Assembly (NCBI GenBank): GCA_963732385.1 | Contig: CAVSZB010000007.1 | Span: forward strand, 1,088,001-1,152,000 | From: an uncultured bacterium | GTDB taxonomy: Bacteria; Krumholzibacteriota; Krumholzibacteriia; LZORAL124-64-63 | Direction: 5' to 3' | DNA length: 64,000 nt | Shown here: in pieces, positions 1 through 9,868 of the stretch | Layout of the letters: each line of letters starts with the position of its first letter | How positions within the stretch are numbered: position 1 is the stretch's first letter | The notes under the pieces: model-generated | Told to the model about the DNA's origin: nothing | The model's database searches: none | What the model saw: only the letters and a program-made list of their open reading frames with translations | Position numbers and translations under genes: made by a program

Positions 1-895
1 TGGCCGACACGGTCGGGTTGTCGGTGCAGAGGGCGACCTTCATCCCGGCGTCGAGGAAACGAGGCAGCGGGTGGTCCCGCAGGCCGGCGACCGCGCCGGT
101 CTGCACGTTCGAGGAGAGGCAGACCTCCACGTACACGCCGTCCCGGGCGAGACGCTTCATCAGGGCCGGATCGCGACCGGCGCTGGTGCCGTGCCCGATC
201 CGCCGCGGTCCGAGGTTGTCGAGTGCCTCCCAGATGCGCTCCGGGCCCTCGCTCTCTCCGGCATGCACTGTGCACTTGAGCCCCATCCTGTGCGCAAGCG
301 TGTACGCCTCGCGGAACAGGACGGGCGGGAAGGGGGCCTCCGGACCGGCAATATCGAAGCCGCACACGCCGACCCCGGCGTGGTACTCCTCCTTCTCGCC
401 GATCACTTCGCGCAGGAGGATGCGCGCCATGTTGCCACCGTGGCTGCGCATGGCGATCACGATGATGCCGGCGCGAAACTCCGGGTGCTCGCCGCCGAAC
501 TTCGACAATCCCTTGCGCGTGGCATGAATGACCTGCCGCGTGGTCAGCCCGGCGCGCCGGTGGATGAGCGGGTTGATGCGCAGTTCGAGCAGCTTCACGC
601 CGTCGGCCCAGGCATCCGCCGCGATCTCGTAGGCGATGCGCTTGATGTTGTCGTAGAACTGCGTGTACTGCAGCGGGACATGAAACTTGTCGAGGTAGTC
701 GAGCAGCGAGCGGTCCTGCTTGTCGTCCCATTCGAGATAGCGGCGGAACTGCTCGAAATGAAGGCCCGGAACCGCCGAATAGTACATTTCCGACAGTTCC
801 CAGAGCGTGGCGGGGCGGATCGAGCCGTCGAAGTGGCGGTGCAGGTCGGACAGCGGCAGGGTCTGCAGGAAGTCGCGGCGGTCTGCGGGGGTCAA
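1..895 (-). CDS. add: Adenosine deaminase (3' end runs off the window; absent from the ORF track)
   Basis: Manual translation from TTG at 895, with an AGGAGG SD just upstream (901-906): MTPADRRDFLQTLPLSDLHRHFDGS...GFDIAGPE...TVHAGE...RIGHG...EVCLSSN. These are the metal and catalytic motifs of the adenosine/AMP deaminase family. Confidence 0.9.
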   Translation of the reverse strand, partial: MTPADRRDFLQTLPLSDLHRHFDGSIRPATLWELSEMYYSAVPGLHFEQFRRYLEWDDKQDRSLLDYLDKFHVPLQYTQFYDNIKRIAYEIAADAWADGVKLLELRINPLIHRRAGLTTRQVIHATRKGLSKFGGEHPEFRAGIIVIAMRSHGGNMARILLREVIGEKEEYHAGVGVCGFDIAGPEAPFPPVLFREAYTLAHRMGLKCTVHAGESEGPERIWEALDNLGPRRIGHGTSAGRDPALMKRLARDGVYVEVCLSSNVQTGAVAGLRDHPLPRFLDAGMKVALCTDNPTVSA

Positions 896-1065
896 AGGGA
901 TCCTCCTTTTGCGGGGAATATGATAGCCCTTCAGCGCCCGGCTGTCGACCGGGCGGCCCTGGCGAGGCTTCACCCCTCGACGCCGCGCGTCCGTGCCCTT
1001 ACCCTGTGGCCTCGATTGCGACCGGTTTCGCGACCGCACGCGGACCACCAGGCAGGAGGAACGGG

Positions 1066-2067
1066 ATGTTCGACCGTGGTGTGCTGGATATCGACCTCGA
1101 GCGGGAAGCGGATCACATCGCCGAGCGGCTGCGGCATCTGGTTGGGCACGGGCTCAAACGCCGGGGCCTCGTGGTCGCCGTGAGCGGCGGCATCGACAGC
1201 AGCGTGTCGTGCGCGCTGGCTGTGCGCGCGTTCGGCGCGGCGAAAGTGTTCGCGTTGCAACTGCCAGAGCGCGACTCCTGCGCCGAGACCGGCCGGCGCG
1301 GCCGGCTGCTGATCGGGCACCTGGGCGTGCAGAGCGCCGTCGAGGACATCGCCCCCACGCTCGAGGCGATCGGCTGCTATCGCCGCCGGGACGCGGCGTT
1401 CCAATCGGTCTTCCCGGGGTACGGACCAGGCTGGAAGAGCAAGATCGTGCTGCCCGCCGACCTGCTCGATTCCGACCGCATGAATGTCTATCGGCTGGTT
1501 GTGCAGGACCCGCTGGGCGGGACCCAAGAAGCCCGGCTGCCGCTGCAGGCCTATCTGGAAATTGTCGCGGCGACGAATTTCAAACAGCGGATTCGCAAGA
1601 CCTTCGAGTACTACTACGCTGACAAGCTCAACTATGCGGTGATCGGCACTCCCAACCGGCTCGAGTACGATCAGGGCTTCTTCGTCAAGAACGGCGACGG
1701 CGCTGCCGACGTGAAGCCGATCGCCCACCTGTACAAGACGCAGGTGTACGCCATGGCGAAGCATCTCGGACTGCCGGCCGAGGTCTGCAACGCCACCCCG
1801 ACGACCGACACCTATTCGCTGCCGCAGGGACAGGACGAATTCTACTTCGTGCTGCCCTACGCGGAGATGGACCTGCTGCTCTGGGCCCTCAACCACCAGG
1901 TGCCGCCGGCCGAGGCGGCCGCGGCGCTCGGGCTGCAGGCGATCCAGGTGGAGCGGGTCTACCGCGACATCGAACGCAAGCGCGCCACGACACTGTCATT
2001 GCACCTGACATCTCTCCTGACCAGGGAGGTCCCGGAAATCGTGAAACAGGTGCCGCCGGCCAGATGA
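1066..2067 (+). CDS. nadE: NH3-dependent NAD+ synthetase-like PP-loop enzyme
   Basis: SGGIDSS PP-loop, plus NFKQRIRK, GTPNRLE, GFFVKNGDG, DVKPIAHLYKTQV and PTTDT motifs. GGAGG lies upstream of the ATG at 1066. Confidence 0.85.
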   Translation: MFDRGVLDIDLEREADHIAERLRHLVGHGLKRRGLVVAVSGGIDSSVSCALAVRAFGAAKVFALQLPERDSCAETGRRGRLLIGHLGVQSAVEDIAPTLEAIGCYRRRDAAFQSVFPGYGPGWKSKIVLPADLLDSDRMNVYRLVVQDPLGGTQEARLPLQAYLEIVAATNFKQRIRKTFEYYYADKLNYAVIGTPNRLEYDQGFFVKNGDGAADVKPIAHLYKTQVYAMAKHLGLPAEVCNATPTTDTYSLPQGQDEFYFVLPYAEMDLLLWALNHQVPPAEAAAALGLQAIQVERVYRDIERKRATTLSLHLTSLLTREVPEIVKQVPPAR

Positions 2068-2167
2068 TATCTTCAATCAAGGATTTCCAACCACAGTCCC
2101 GGGAATGACCTGTGCGGACTGGCCTCCCTGAATCAGGGGATTTCACCCTCATTAACTCCTAGTTTGA

Positions 2168-2222
2168 CGCAAGGGTTTTTCTTGCGAAAAACCGCCTGGC
2201 GCTCCATGCTCTATATGAGCAT
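2168..2222 (+). promoter_or_regulatory. Putative rrf2 promoter/operator region with overlapping inverted repeats
   Basis: CGCAAG-N7-CTTGCG (2168-2186), GGTTTTTC-N4-GAAAAACC (2174-2193) and ATGCTC-N5-GAGCAT (2206-2222). TTGCGA-N17-CATGCT is a possible sigma70 promoter. Confidence 0.45.
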
Positions 2223-2289
2223 CGCCTTTCAGTAATGCTGAGCCGATCCGGCTCCCGTCGGAGCGGCTCTCTTCCGGGAGGAGAGCGGC

Positions 2290-2757
2290 ATGCGCGTCAC
2301 GACCCGCGTCCGCTACGGCCTGCGGGCCATGCTGCAGATCGCTGATCACTATCAGAACGGTCCCGTCCCCATCAGCGCGATCTCACACACCCAGGAAATC
2401 AGCGCGAAGTACCTGGAGCAGATCGTCGGAAACCTGCGCCGGCACGGCATTCTGGCCAGCCGCAAGGGGGTGCGCGGCGGCTACTTCCTCACCCGCGCCC
2501 CCGCGGAGATCAGTCTCTGGGAAGTGATCTCCGCGCTCGATGGCGAAACGGAACTGGTCGACTGCGTGGCGCACCCTGAGACCTGCGAGCGGGCCGACGA
2601 CTGCTGCACACGGGTGATCTGGTCTCTGCTCGGCCACCGGCTGCGCGACTTCTGGCAGGGCTTCTCCCTGCAGGATCTGCTCGACCAGCTCCCCACGGGC
2701 TCGGACGGGCTGCTGCCATGCGCGCATGGCCGGGCCCCGGCGGAAACGCCTCATTGA
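2290..2757 (+). CDS. Rrf2 family transcriptional regulator (IscR/CymR-like) with a Cys cluster
   Basis: RYGLRAM, YLEQI, SRKGVRGGYFL and ISLWEVISALDG motifs. The C-terminal CVAHPETCERADDCC is a likely set of Fe-S ligands. Confidence 0.9.
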   Translation: MRVTTRVRYGLRAMLQIADHYQNGPVPISAISHTQEISAKYLEQIVGNLRRHGILASRKGVRGGYFLTRAPAEISLWEVISALDGETELVDCVAHPETCERADDCCTRVIWSLLGHRLRDFWQGFSLQDLLDQLPTGSDGLLPCAHGRAPAETPH

Positions 2758-2795
2758 GGTCCGCAGCGGAGCGGCCAGGCCGCCGTCGCGCCCGG

Positions 2796-2824
2796 TTGAC
2801 ATCATCAGGCCATGGCATGACATT
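2796..2824 (+). promoter_or_regulatory. Possible sigma70 promoter for pta-ackA
   Basis: Perfect TTGACA (2796-2801), a 17-nt spacer and a weak -10 GACATT. Confidence 0.4.
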
Positions 2825-2900
2825 TGCCTGCCGTGTACGGATCTCCCTGCGGGCCTGGCGGGCTGATCCGCCCGCCCAACGCTGCAAGTGAGGATCGCCC

Positions 2901-3905
2901 ATGTCGTTCATCGAAAGTCTGCGCCGCCGGGCCGCCGCCTCGCGACGGACCATCGTGCTGCCGGAAACCTGGGATGACCGGACCCTGATCGCCGCCGCCA
3001 CGGCCCGCAACGAGGGACTCGCCCGTCTCGTGCTCCTCGGGGAGCCCGACGTCCTGCGCGCGAAGCTGGACGCTCTCGGCCACGCCGCGACCGATCTCGA
3101 CTTCGTCGATCCGGCCACCCACCCCGACCGCGAGCGGTTCTGCGGGATCTTCCACGCCAAACGCGCCGCGAAAGGGGTGACGGCCGAGGAAGCGGCCCGC
3201 ACCCTGGCCGATCCCCTGTTCTTCGGCGCGATGCTGGTGGCGCAGGGAGCCGCCGACGGCATGGTGGCCGGCGCGGTCAACGCCACGTCCAATGTGCTGC
3301 GCGCCGGTTTCCAGGTCATCGGCACGGCGCCCGGCGTGGCGATCGTGTCGAGCTGCTTCGTCATGGTGAAGCCCGACTGGGCGTTCGGCGAGAACGGCCT
3401 GATCGTCTTCGCCGATTGCGCGGTCAACCCCGATCCCGACGCCGCGCAACTTGCCGACATCGCCCTGGCCACGGCCGCCACCGCGCGCGCCCTCTGCGGC
3501 TTCGAACCGCGCGTGGCGATGCTCAGCTACTCCACGCTGGGCAGCGGCACGGGGCCGAGCCCCGACAAGGTCACCGAGGCGACGCGCCTGCTGCGCGCGA
3601 AGGCGCCCGACCTCTCCGTCGATGGCCCGCTGCAGGCCGACGCCGCGCTGGTGGCCGCCATCGGCAACCAGAAGGCTCCCGGCAGCCCGGTCGCGGGGCG
3701 CGCGAACGTGCTCATCTTCCCCGATCTCGACGCCGGGAACATCGGTTACAAGCTGGTGCAGCGCCTCGCCGGCGCCGAGGCGGTGGGTCCGGTGCTCCAG
3801 GGCATGGCGAAGGGGGTCAACGACCTCAGCCGCGGCTGCAGCGTGGAGGATATCGTGAACGTGATCGCCATCACCGCCCTGCAGAGCGGGGGAAACGGCA
3901 AGTGA
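2901..3905 (+). CDS. pta: Phosphate acetyltransferase
   Basis: [54 protein letters not shown] and NDLSRGCS motifs. Confidence 0.95.
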   Translation: MSFIESLRRRAAASRRTIVLPETWDDRTLIAAATARNEGLARLVLLGEPDVLRAKLDALGHAATDLDFVDPATHPDRERFCGIFHAKRAAKGVTAEEAARTLADPLFFGAMLVAQGAADGMVAGAVNATSNVLRAGFQVIGTAPGVAIVSSCFVMVKPDWAFGENGLIVFADCAVNPDPDAAQLADIALATAATARALCGFEPRVAMLSYSTLGSGTGPSPDKVTEATRLLRAKAPDLSVDGPLQADAALVAAIGNQKAPGSPVAGRANVLIFPDLDAGNIGYKLVQRLAGAEAVGPVLQGMAKGVNDLSRGCSVEDIVNVIAITALQSGGNGK

Positions 3906-5116
3906 GGAACGTCCTCGTCATCAACTGCGGCAGCAGTTCGCTCAAGTACCAGTTGCTGGACATGGATGAGGAGCGCCTGCTGGCCAAGGGGCTGGTCGAG
4001 CGGATCGGGCTGGACCAGGGCAACCACGTCTACGGCCGTCCCGGGCGCGACGACATCGTGCAGGAGGCGCCGGTCCCCGACCACGCGCGCGCGATGCAGC
4101 TGCTGCTGACCGCTCTCGTCGATCCGGTCCACGGCGTGCTGCGCAGCCTCGGGGAAATCGCGGCGGTCGGCCACCGCGTCGTGCACGCGGGCGAGAAGTA
4201 CGCCACCTCCGTGCGCATCGACGACGATGTCCTGGCCGCGCTGGAGGAGTGCATCCCGCTCGCACCGCTCCACAACCCGGCGAACCTGACCGGACTGCGC
4301 GCGGCCGCCGCCTGCCTGCCCGACGTGCCGATGATCGGCGTGTTCGACACCGCCTTCCACCAGACCATGCCTGATCGGGCCTACATCTATCCGCTGCCCT
4401 ACCGGCTCTACGTCGAGAGCAAGATCCGCCGTTACGGCTTCCATGGCACGAGCCACCGCTACGTCGCGCAGCGCGCGGCCCAGATCCTCGGCCGGGACCT
4501 CTCCGAGCTGAACCTCATCACCTGCCATCTGGGCAACGGCGCCTCGGTCTGCGCCATCGACGGCGGCCGTTCCATCGACACCTCGATGGGTTTCACGCCG
4601 CTCGAGGGCCTGATGATGGGCACCCGCTGCGGCGACATCGACGCGGCGATCGTCGGTTACCTGTCCGAGAGGCTGGGCCTTTCGCTCGCCGATATCGACA
4701 AGATGCTCAACAAGCAGAGCGGCATGCTCGGCATCTCCGGCATCTCGAGCGATCTGCGGGACGTGGAAAAGGCATATGCCAACGGCGACGACCGGGCGCG
4801 TCTCGCCCTCGAGATCTACACGTACCACATCCGCAAGTACATCGGGGCCTACGCGGTCGCGCTGGGGCGGGTGGACGCTATCGTATTCACGGCCGGCGTC
4901 GGGGAGCACGACTCGCTCGTGCGCGAATGGTCGTGTCAGGGACTCGACATCCTCGGCGCCCAGCTCGACACCTTCAAGAACGCCACCCGGCACGACGAAG
5001 CGGTCATCAGCCGGATGGGCTCGCGCGTGAAGATCATGATCGTGCCGACCAACGAGGAACTCATGATCGCGCGCGACACGGCCGCTCTCGTGTTCGTGGC
5101 GACGACGGCGCGCTGA
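3902..5116 (+). CDS. ackA: Acetate kinase
   Basis: GTG start overlaps the pta stop. [52 protein letters not shown] and PTNEEL motifs. Confidence 0.95.
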   Translation: MRNVLVINCGSSSLKYQLLDMDEERLLAKGLVERIGLDQGNHVYGRPGRDDIVQEAPVPDHARAMQLLLTALVDPVHGVLRSLGEIAAVGHRVVHAGEKYATSVRIDDDVLAALEECIPLAPLHNPANLTGLRAAAACLPDVPMIGVFDTAFHQTMPDRAYIYPLPYRLYVESKIRRYGFHGTSHRYVAQRAAQILGRDLSELNLITCHLGNGASVCAIDGGRSIDTSMGFTPLEGLMMGTRCGDIDAAIVGYLSERLGLSLADIDKMLNKQSGMLGISGISSDLRDVEKAYANGDDRARLALEIYTYHIRKYIGAYAVALGRVDAIVFTAGVGEHDSLVREWSCQGLDILGAQLDTFKNATRHDEAVISRMGSRVKIMIVPTNEELMIARDTAALVFVATTAR

Positions 5117-5142
5117 GCTGACGCGGCTGCTCCGGGGCCCCG

Positions 5143-6834
5143 CTACCTCGCGGCGGCCGCCCAGCGCACGCGGCCCGCGACGATGCTCAGCAGGGGGCGC
5201 AGGCGCAGCACCGCCGCGGACGACGCCGCCAGAGGATCCCCACTCAGGACCGTCAGATCGGCGAGATATCCCGGCGCCAGCACGCCGAGCTCGTGCTCCC
5301 GGAACGCCGCCCAGGCAGGGCCGGCCGTGTACAGGACGAGCGCTTCACGCGGACTGACCGTCTGCTCCGGGTGCCAGCCGCCGACCGGCGTGCCGTCGGC
5401 CCGGGTTCGCGTCCGCGCCGCGTACAGGCCTGGCAGAGGATCGACCGCCTCGACCGGCGCATCGGTCCCCCAGCAGAGATGCGCTCCGGAATCGCGCAGG
5501 GCACGCCAGGCGTAGGCTCCACGCGCCCGCTCCTCCCCCACGCGCGCCACCACCCACTCCATGTCGCTGGTGCAGTGGACCGGCTGCATCGACGCGATCA
5601 CGCCGAGCCGAGCGAAGCGCGGGAGGTCGGCGGGATCCAGCAGTTGCGCGTGTTCGATCCGCCAGCGAGCGTCCCGCAGATCCAGTTCGGCGGCGAGCCT
5701 CGCGTACAGATCGAGCACCTCGCGATTGGCGGCGTCACCGATCGCGTGCGTGCAGACCTGGAATCCGGCCAGGCCGGCCCGCCGGGCCGTCTCCTCCAGC
5801 CTGGCGACGGACGTCACGGCCAGGCCGCGGTTGCCGGGGTCGTCGTCGTAGTCGCGCCGCAGAAGCGCGCCGCGCGAGCCGAGCGCGCCGTCGGCGTACA
5901 GTTTCACGGCGCGTACAGCCAGCATCCCGTCGGGACTGGTCCACGGACCGCGCGTCAACCAAGGATCGAGTGTCGCCGGGTCGTCGGCCAGCATGACCTG
6001 CAGCCGCAGCCCCAGTTCGCCCGCCGCCGCCAGCTTCTCGCAGACGGCGACCGTCGCCGCGTCGGCGCCCGCGTCGTGCAGGCCGGTGAGCCCGCGCTCG
6101 AGGCAGTGCGCGACGGCGAGCCGCACGCACCGCTCGCGCTCCGCCGGCGTCGGCGCGGGCACCGCGCCCGCCACCAGATCGACCGCATTGTCCACCAGGA
6201 TACCGGTCGGCTCGCCCGCGGCATCGCGGACGATGCGGCCGCCCTCCGGATCGGGCGTGGCCGCGGTGATACCCGCGCGCGAGAGCGCCACGCCATTGAC
6301 CCAGGCCGCGTGGCCGTCCACCCGGCGCAGCAGGACCGGCCGCTGCGACGTCACGGCGTCCAGCGATCGGCGGTCCGGGAACTCGCGGCCCGGCCAGCGG
6401 TTCTGGTCCCAGCCGCGTCCCTCGAGCCAGCCTTCGCCGGGCACGGCGCGCACCGCCTCCGCCACCCGGGCAACCGCCGCCTCCTGCGAAGGGGCGCCGA
6501 CCAGATCGATGGTGGCGAGGGCCTTGCCCAGACCGTACAGGTGCGCGTGACCGTCGCAGAGTCCCGGCACGACCACGGCGCCGTCCAGTTCCACCACCCG
6601 CGCGCCTGACTTGGCCGCGAGGAGGCGAGCCTGCACGTCGTCACCCACGAAGACGATCCGATCGCCCCGCACGCCGATCGCCGTGGGGGCCGGCTGCGGC
6701 TCCGGCTCGAGCAGCGTGAGAACCCGGCCGCCGACGAGGACCAGATCCGCGGCGGGGGCGGACGCGCCGATCGGCGGGACGGCGGCGAAAGCGAGGGTCG
6801 GCGCCGCGGCAAGAAGTGCAAGCAGAGTCAGCAT
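5143..6834 (-). CDS. Secreted amidohydrolase_3 (YtcJ-like) family protein
   Basis: Signal peptide MLTLLALLAAAPTLAFA. PGLCDGHAH, KLYADGALGSRGA, HAIGD, RIEHAQ and GTDAPVE motifs. Confidence 0.88.
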   Translation of the reverse strand: MLTLLALLAAAPTLAFAAVPPIGASAPAADLVLVGGRVLTLLEPEPQPAPTAIGVRGDRIVFVGDDVQARLLAAKSGARVVELDGAVVVPGLCDGHAHLYGLGKALATIDLVGAPSQEAAVARVAEAVRAVPGEGWLEGRGWDQNRWPGREFPDRRSLDAVTSQRPVLLRRVDGHAAWVNGVALSRAGITAATPDPEGGRIVRDAAGEPTGILVDNAVDLVAGAVPAPTPAERERCVRLAVAHCLERGLTGLHDAGADAATVAVCEKLAAAGELGLRLQVMLADDPATLDPWLTRGPWTSPDGMLAVRAVKLYADGALGSRGALLRRDYDDDPGNRGLAVTSVARLEETARRAGLAGFQVCTHAIGDAANREVLDLYARLAAELDLRDARWRIEHAQLLDPADLPRFARLGVIASMQPVHCTSDMEWVVARVGEERARGAYAWRALRDSGAHLCWGTDAPVEAVDPLPGLYAARTRTRADGTPVGGWHPEQTVSPREALVLYTAGPAWAAFREHELGVLAPGYLADLTVLSGDPLAASSAAVLRLRPLLSIVAGRVRWAAAAR

Positions 6835-6983
6835 CGAAGCCTTACCTTTCCCGGATGACCCCGGACCGCTGGTCCGACAGCGTAGCAGCGTAGCAGCGTG
6901 GCGGCGGGCGGCAACTGTTTCTGTTGGCCGCGCCACAACCGGCCCCCTGCAGTCAACCGTTACGCCCGGAGGTTCCACCCCGC

Positions 6984-9251
6984 ATGCACCATCCGAACCG
7001 CGCCGCAACGCCCGGCCTCCCCCGCCTGGGGATCGCCCTGCTGATCGCGCTCGCGGCAACCGCCGTCCCGGCGCTGGCCGCCCCCGCCCAGGCCCAGGTC
7101 GGGGCCGTGGCCGCCGAGGGAGCCGCGTCCGAACCGTCGGCCGACTGGCGGGAGCGCTCCGATCTCCTGGCTACCTTCCGCGAGCGGATGCGCGCCGCCG
7201 ACCTGGACGGCGCCGCGGCGACCGCCCGCCGCTTCCTCGAACGCTTTCCCGACGACGGCGACATGGCCTACAACCTGGCCTGCGTGGAGACGCGACGCGG
7301 CGCGATCGCGGAGGCCTGGCCGGCGATCGAGCGCGCGTTGGCTTCGCCGACCGCGGATCCCCGCCAGGCCGAAAGCGATGCCGATCTGGACCCCTTGCGC
7401 AGCGATCCGCGCTTCGCCCGCCTCCTGGCCGACGCGCGCAGCCGCCTGTGCGCCCGCGCGGAAACCGCCCGGATCGTCCTGCGGGAAGGATACCCGGGCG
7501 GGGATCTGCCCCTGCTGCCCAACGACGGCTCACCGCCCGATACCGCCGGGCCCGTGGTCACCGTGCGTCTGGAAGCGAATGCGCGCGGGTTGACGCTGCG
7601 GGGGCGGGTGCAGGATTCACACTTCCGCGACCGCACACAGCCATGGCGCAACGGCGACGGCTTCCGGGTCACGATCGTGGCGCCGCCCGCGCGCGGCGGC
7701 TCCGGCTTCGACGGTGAGCGTTCGTTCGGCTTCGGCTTCGGTCTGCAGGATCGCCGTTGGATCGGTGCGTTCATCGAAGCGGACGGCGTCACGACGCCTC
7801 TGCACGTGCTGGAACCGGCGCCCAAGGTGCGCTTTACGCCGGACGGCCGCACCGCCTTCTACACGATCCAGGTGCCCTGGGCCAGTCTGGCCCCTTACGC
7901 CCCGCCGGTGGACACCCTGCTGGGGGTGAACGTCAGCTACCTGAGCGTCGGCAACGATCGGGTGCGACGCATCGCGGCACTCGTGCCCGATCCCGCGCTC
8001 GGGAGCGAGGGTTCCCCGCGCTGGCGACGCTATGCCCCGGTCACGCTGAGACCAAGCGACCGCTCCCTGCCACGCCTGACGGGCGCGGTCACGAACGCTG
8101 TGGTGACCGACGCGCCGCTCGGCATCACCCTGGCCGCCTGGCTGCCGCAACCGCTCGTAGCGACCGTGCGGGTGGAGATCCTCGACCTGGCGAACCGCTC
8201 CGTGGTCGCCCCGGGTGGCGATGACATCACCGCCGACGCCAACGCCGGCCTCAACGTCTGGCAACGGACAGCCGACCTGTCGTCGCTGCCAAGCGGGCCG
8301 TTCCGCGTCCGGGCGATTCTCGCGACTTCGGGACTCGACACCCTGCGCTGGCAGACCGAGCTGCTGCGCCTCGATCCCGCCTGGACCACCAGCGCGCGAT
8401 CCGCCGCCGCGCAGGCCCCCCCGACCGAGCAACCGAGCCTCGACTACCGGCTCGACGCGATCATCTCGGAGCTCGCCGCCCGCGAACCGCGCGCGTTGCC
8501 CTCCCGGCTGACCGCCACGCTGCTCGAGACCGGCAGGCTGCTGCAGCAACTCGAACGGGCCGGCACGGTCCTCCCCGACAGCGGCGTCTTTCTCGCGGCC
8601 TGGCGCGACGCGGCCGGCGCGCTCCGTCCGTGCCCCGTGCGGATTCCGTCCGGATTCAACCGCGCGCGGCCGCACCGTCTGCTGCTGCTGGCGACGGGGC
8701 GCGGGCCCGACGCCGGTCGTACGGCGATGATCATCATCAACCGGCTGCGCCTGCCCGGCGATCTGGTGGTCGCGGCGCCGGAACTTCCGGACGCGGGACC
8801 GGCGGCGTCGGCGGCTGATGCCGCCGCGGCGCTGCGCTGGATCCGCGCGCTCGCCCCCCCCGGGGAAACCTGCCTGGCCGGACTCGATGGTGGGGCCGCG
8901 GATGCGCTGGCCCTGAGCCTCACGCTCCCGGAACTGTGCGACCGGGTGCTGCTCGTCGTGGGTACCGGCGTGGAACCGTGGACCGGGACCACGCCTGTGG
9001 CGCTGGCGGCGGCGCTGCGCGCCCGCCCCAACACGCTTCCCTACACGGTGCTGGAGGCGGGGTCCGACGCGCCCCCGTTCGCAAGCGCTCCAGCGCCGGC
9101 GCCGGGAGAGCCGGCGGCCGCGCGCGATATCGCGGGGTTGCTGCGCGCGGCCGGTCTGCGGGTGGTGCCGGAGCGCTCCGACGCACCGGGCTCGCCGACC
9201 CTGCAGGAGATCGCCGACCTGCTGGCCGGATGGCTGGACGCCGACCGCTGA
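6984..9251 (+). CDS. Secreted multidomain protein: TPR, a DOMON/CBM9-like region and a degenerate alpha/beta-hydrolase-like C-terminus
   Basis: Signal peptide, then AYNLAC...DADLDPLRSDPRF (TPR end-group pattern). LTLRGRVQD...PWRNGDG resembles CBM9/DOMON. The C-terminal LAGLDGGA resembles a nucleophile elbow. Confidence 0.55.
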   Translation: MHHPNRAATPGLPRLGIALLIALAATAVPALAAPAQAQVGAVAAEGAASEPSADWRERSDLLATFRERMRAADLDGAAATARRFLERFPDDGDMAYNLACVETRRGAIAEAWPAIERALASPTADPRQAESDADLDPLRSDPRFARLLADARSRLCARAETARIVLREGYPGGDLPLLPNDGSPPDTAGPVVTVRLEANARGLTLRGRVQDSHFRDRTQPWRNGDGFRVTIVAPPARGGSGFDGERSFGFGFGLQDRRWIGAFIEADGVTTPLHVLEPAPKVRFTPDGRTAFYTIQVPWASLAPYAPPVDTLLGVNVSYLSVGNDRVRRIAALVPDPALGSEGSPRWRRYAPVTLRPSDRSLPRLTGAVTNAVVTDAPLGITLAAWLPQPLVATVRVEILDLANRSVVAPGGDDITADANAGLNVWQRTADLSSLPSGPFRVRAILATSGLDTLRWQTELLRLDPAWTTSARSAAAQAPPTEQPSLDYRLDAIISELAAREPRALPSRLTATLLETGRLLQQLERAGTVLPDSGVFLAAWRDAAGALRPCPVRIPSGFNRARPHRLLLLATGRGPDAGRTAMIIINRLRLPGDLVVAAPELPDAGPAASAADAAAALRWIRALAPPGETCLAGLDGGAADALALSLTLPELCDRVLLVVGTGVEPWTGTTPVALAAALRARPNTLPYTVLEAGSDAPPFASAPAPAPGEPAAARDIAGLLRAAGLRVVPERSDAPGSPTLQEIADLLAGWLDADR

Positions 9252-9267
9252 AAGCAGAACGCGGACG

Positions 9268-9657
9268 TCAGGAACCGAAGAAGTTGATCCGCTCGTAGAC
9301 ACCGGCGTCATCGCCATAGGGGACGACCTTCTCGCCGTCCATGACGAATGTCGCGTGTTCGCCATAGACCCGGCTGAACTGTACCCGCCGGGTGCGCTGG
9401 CCAGGCAGGACCAGCAGGATCTCCGCCAGCTTTTTCGCCGCCGTCGAAACGAGATCGGCGCCACAGGCGGGGCAGGTGAACTCGACCATTTCGCCGTCCT
9501 GCAGCGCGAAACCGGAGTCGATGATCGAACGGTAATTGCCCGGCTGGGGACTGAGCAGAATCAACCCACGCCGCTTTCCCCGCCGCGCGGCGAGAATGAT
9601 CTTGGTATGCGGGTTCAGCACGGCGTGGCAGTGAGGGCAGGCGTAGGTCCATTTCAT
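9268..9657 (-). CDS. Hypothetical protein with two CxxC (Zn-ribbon-like) motifs
   Basis: MKWTYACPHCHAVLN...FTCPACGADL...FSRVYGEHATF, with an AGGA SD upstream. Confidence 0.7.
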   Translation of the reverse strand: MKWTYACPHCHAVLNPHTKIILAARRGKRRGLILLSPQPGNYRSIIDSGFALQDGEMVEFTCPACGADLVSTAAKKLAEILLVLPGQRTRRVQFSRVYGEHATFVMDGEKVVPYGDDAGVYERINFFGS

Positions 9658-9868
9658 CGCGGCGAGTCCTTTCGACGCCCGCACGCCCCGCCGGAGCGGG
9701 GCGCCGGCCGGATCCTTCGGCGCTTCTGGCAGGCCGAATTGTACGCCCCCGGCACAGCGACCGTCAACGCGCACGGCTGTCGCCTTGACGCGGCGACCGG
9801 TTTCCCGCCATCCTGAGACCGGCACGATCGGCACGTTACCCTGGCCCGACCCCGAGGAGAAGCCACCG

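Noticed and set aside
18..1183. + strand ORFs 18..527 and 71..1183
   Set aside because: They are shadows of the minus-strand adenosine deaminase.
3416..3901. N-terminal extensions given by the ORF track (ackA, and similarly pdxS, proS, oadA, the HK and the RR)
   Set aside because: The extensions overlap upstream genes or lack homology. Downstream starts with an SD or a stop/start overlap fit better.
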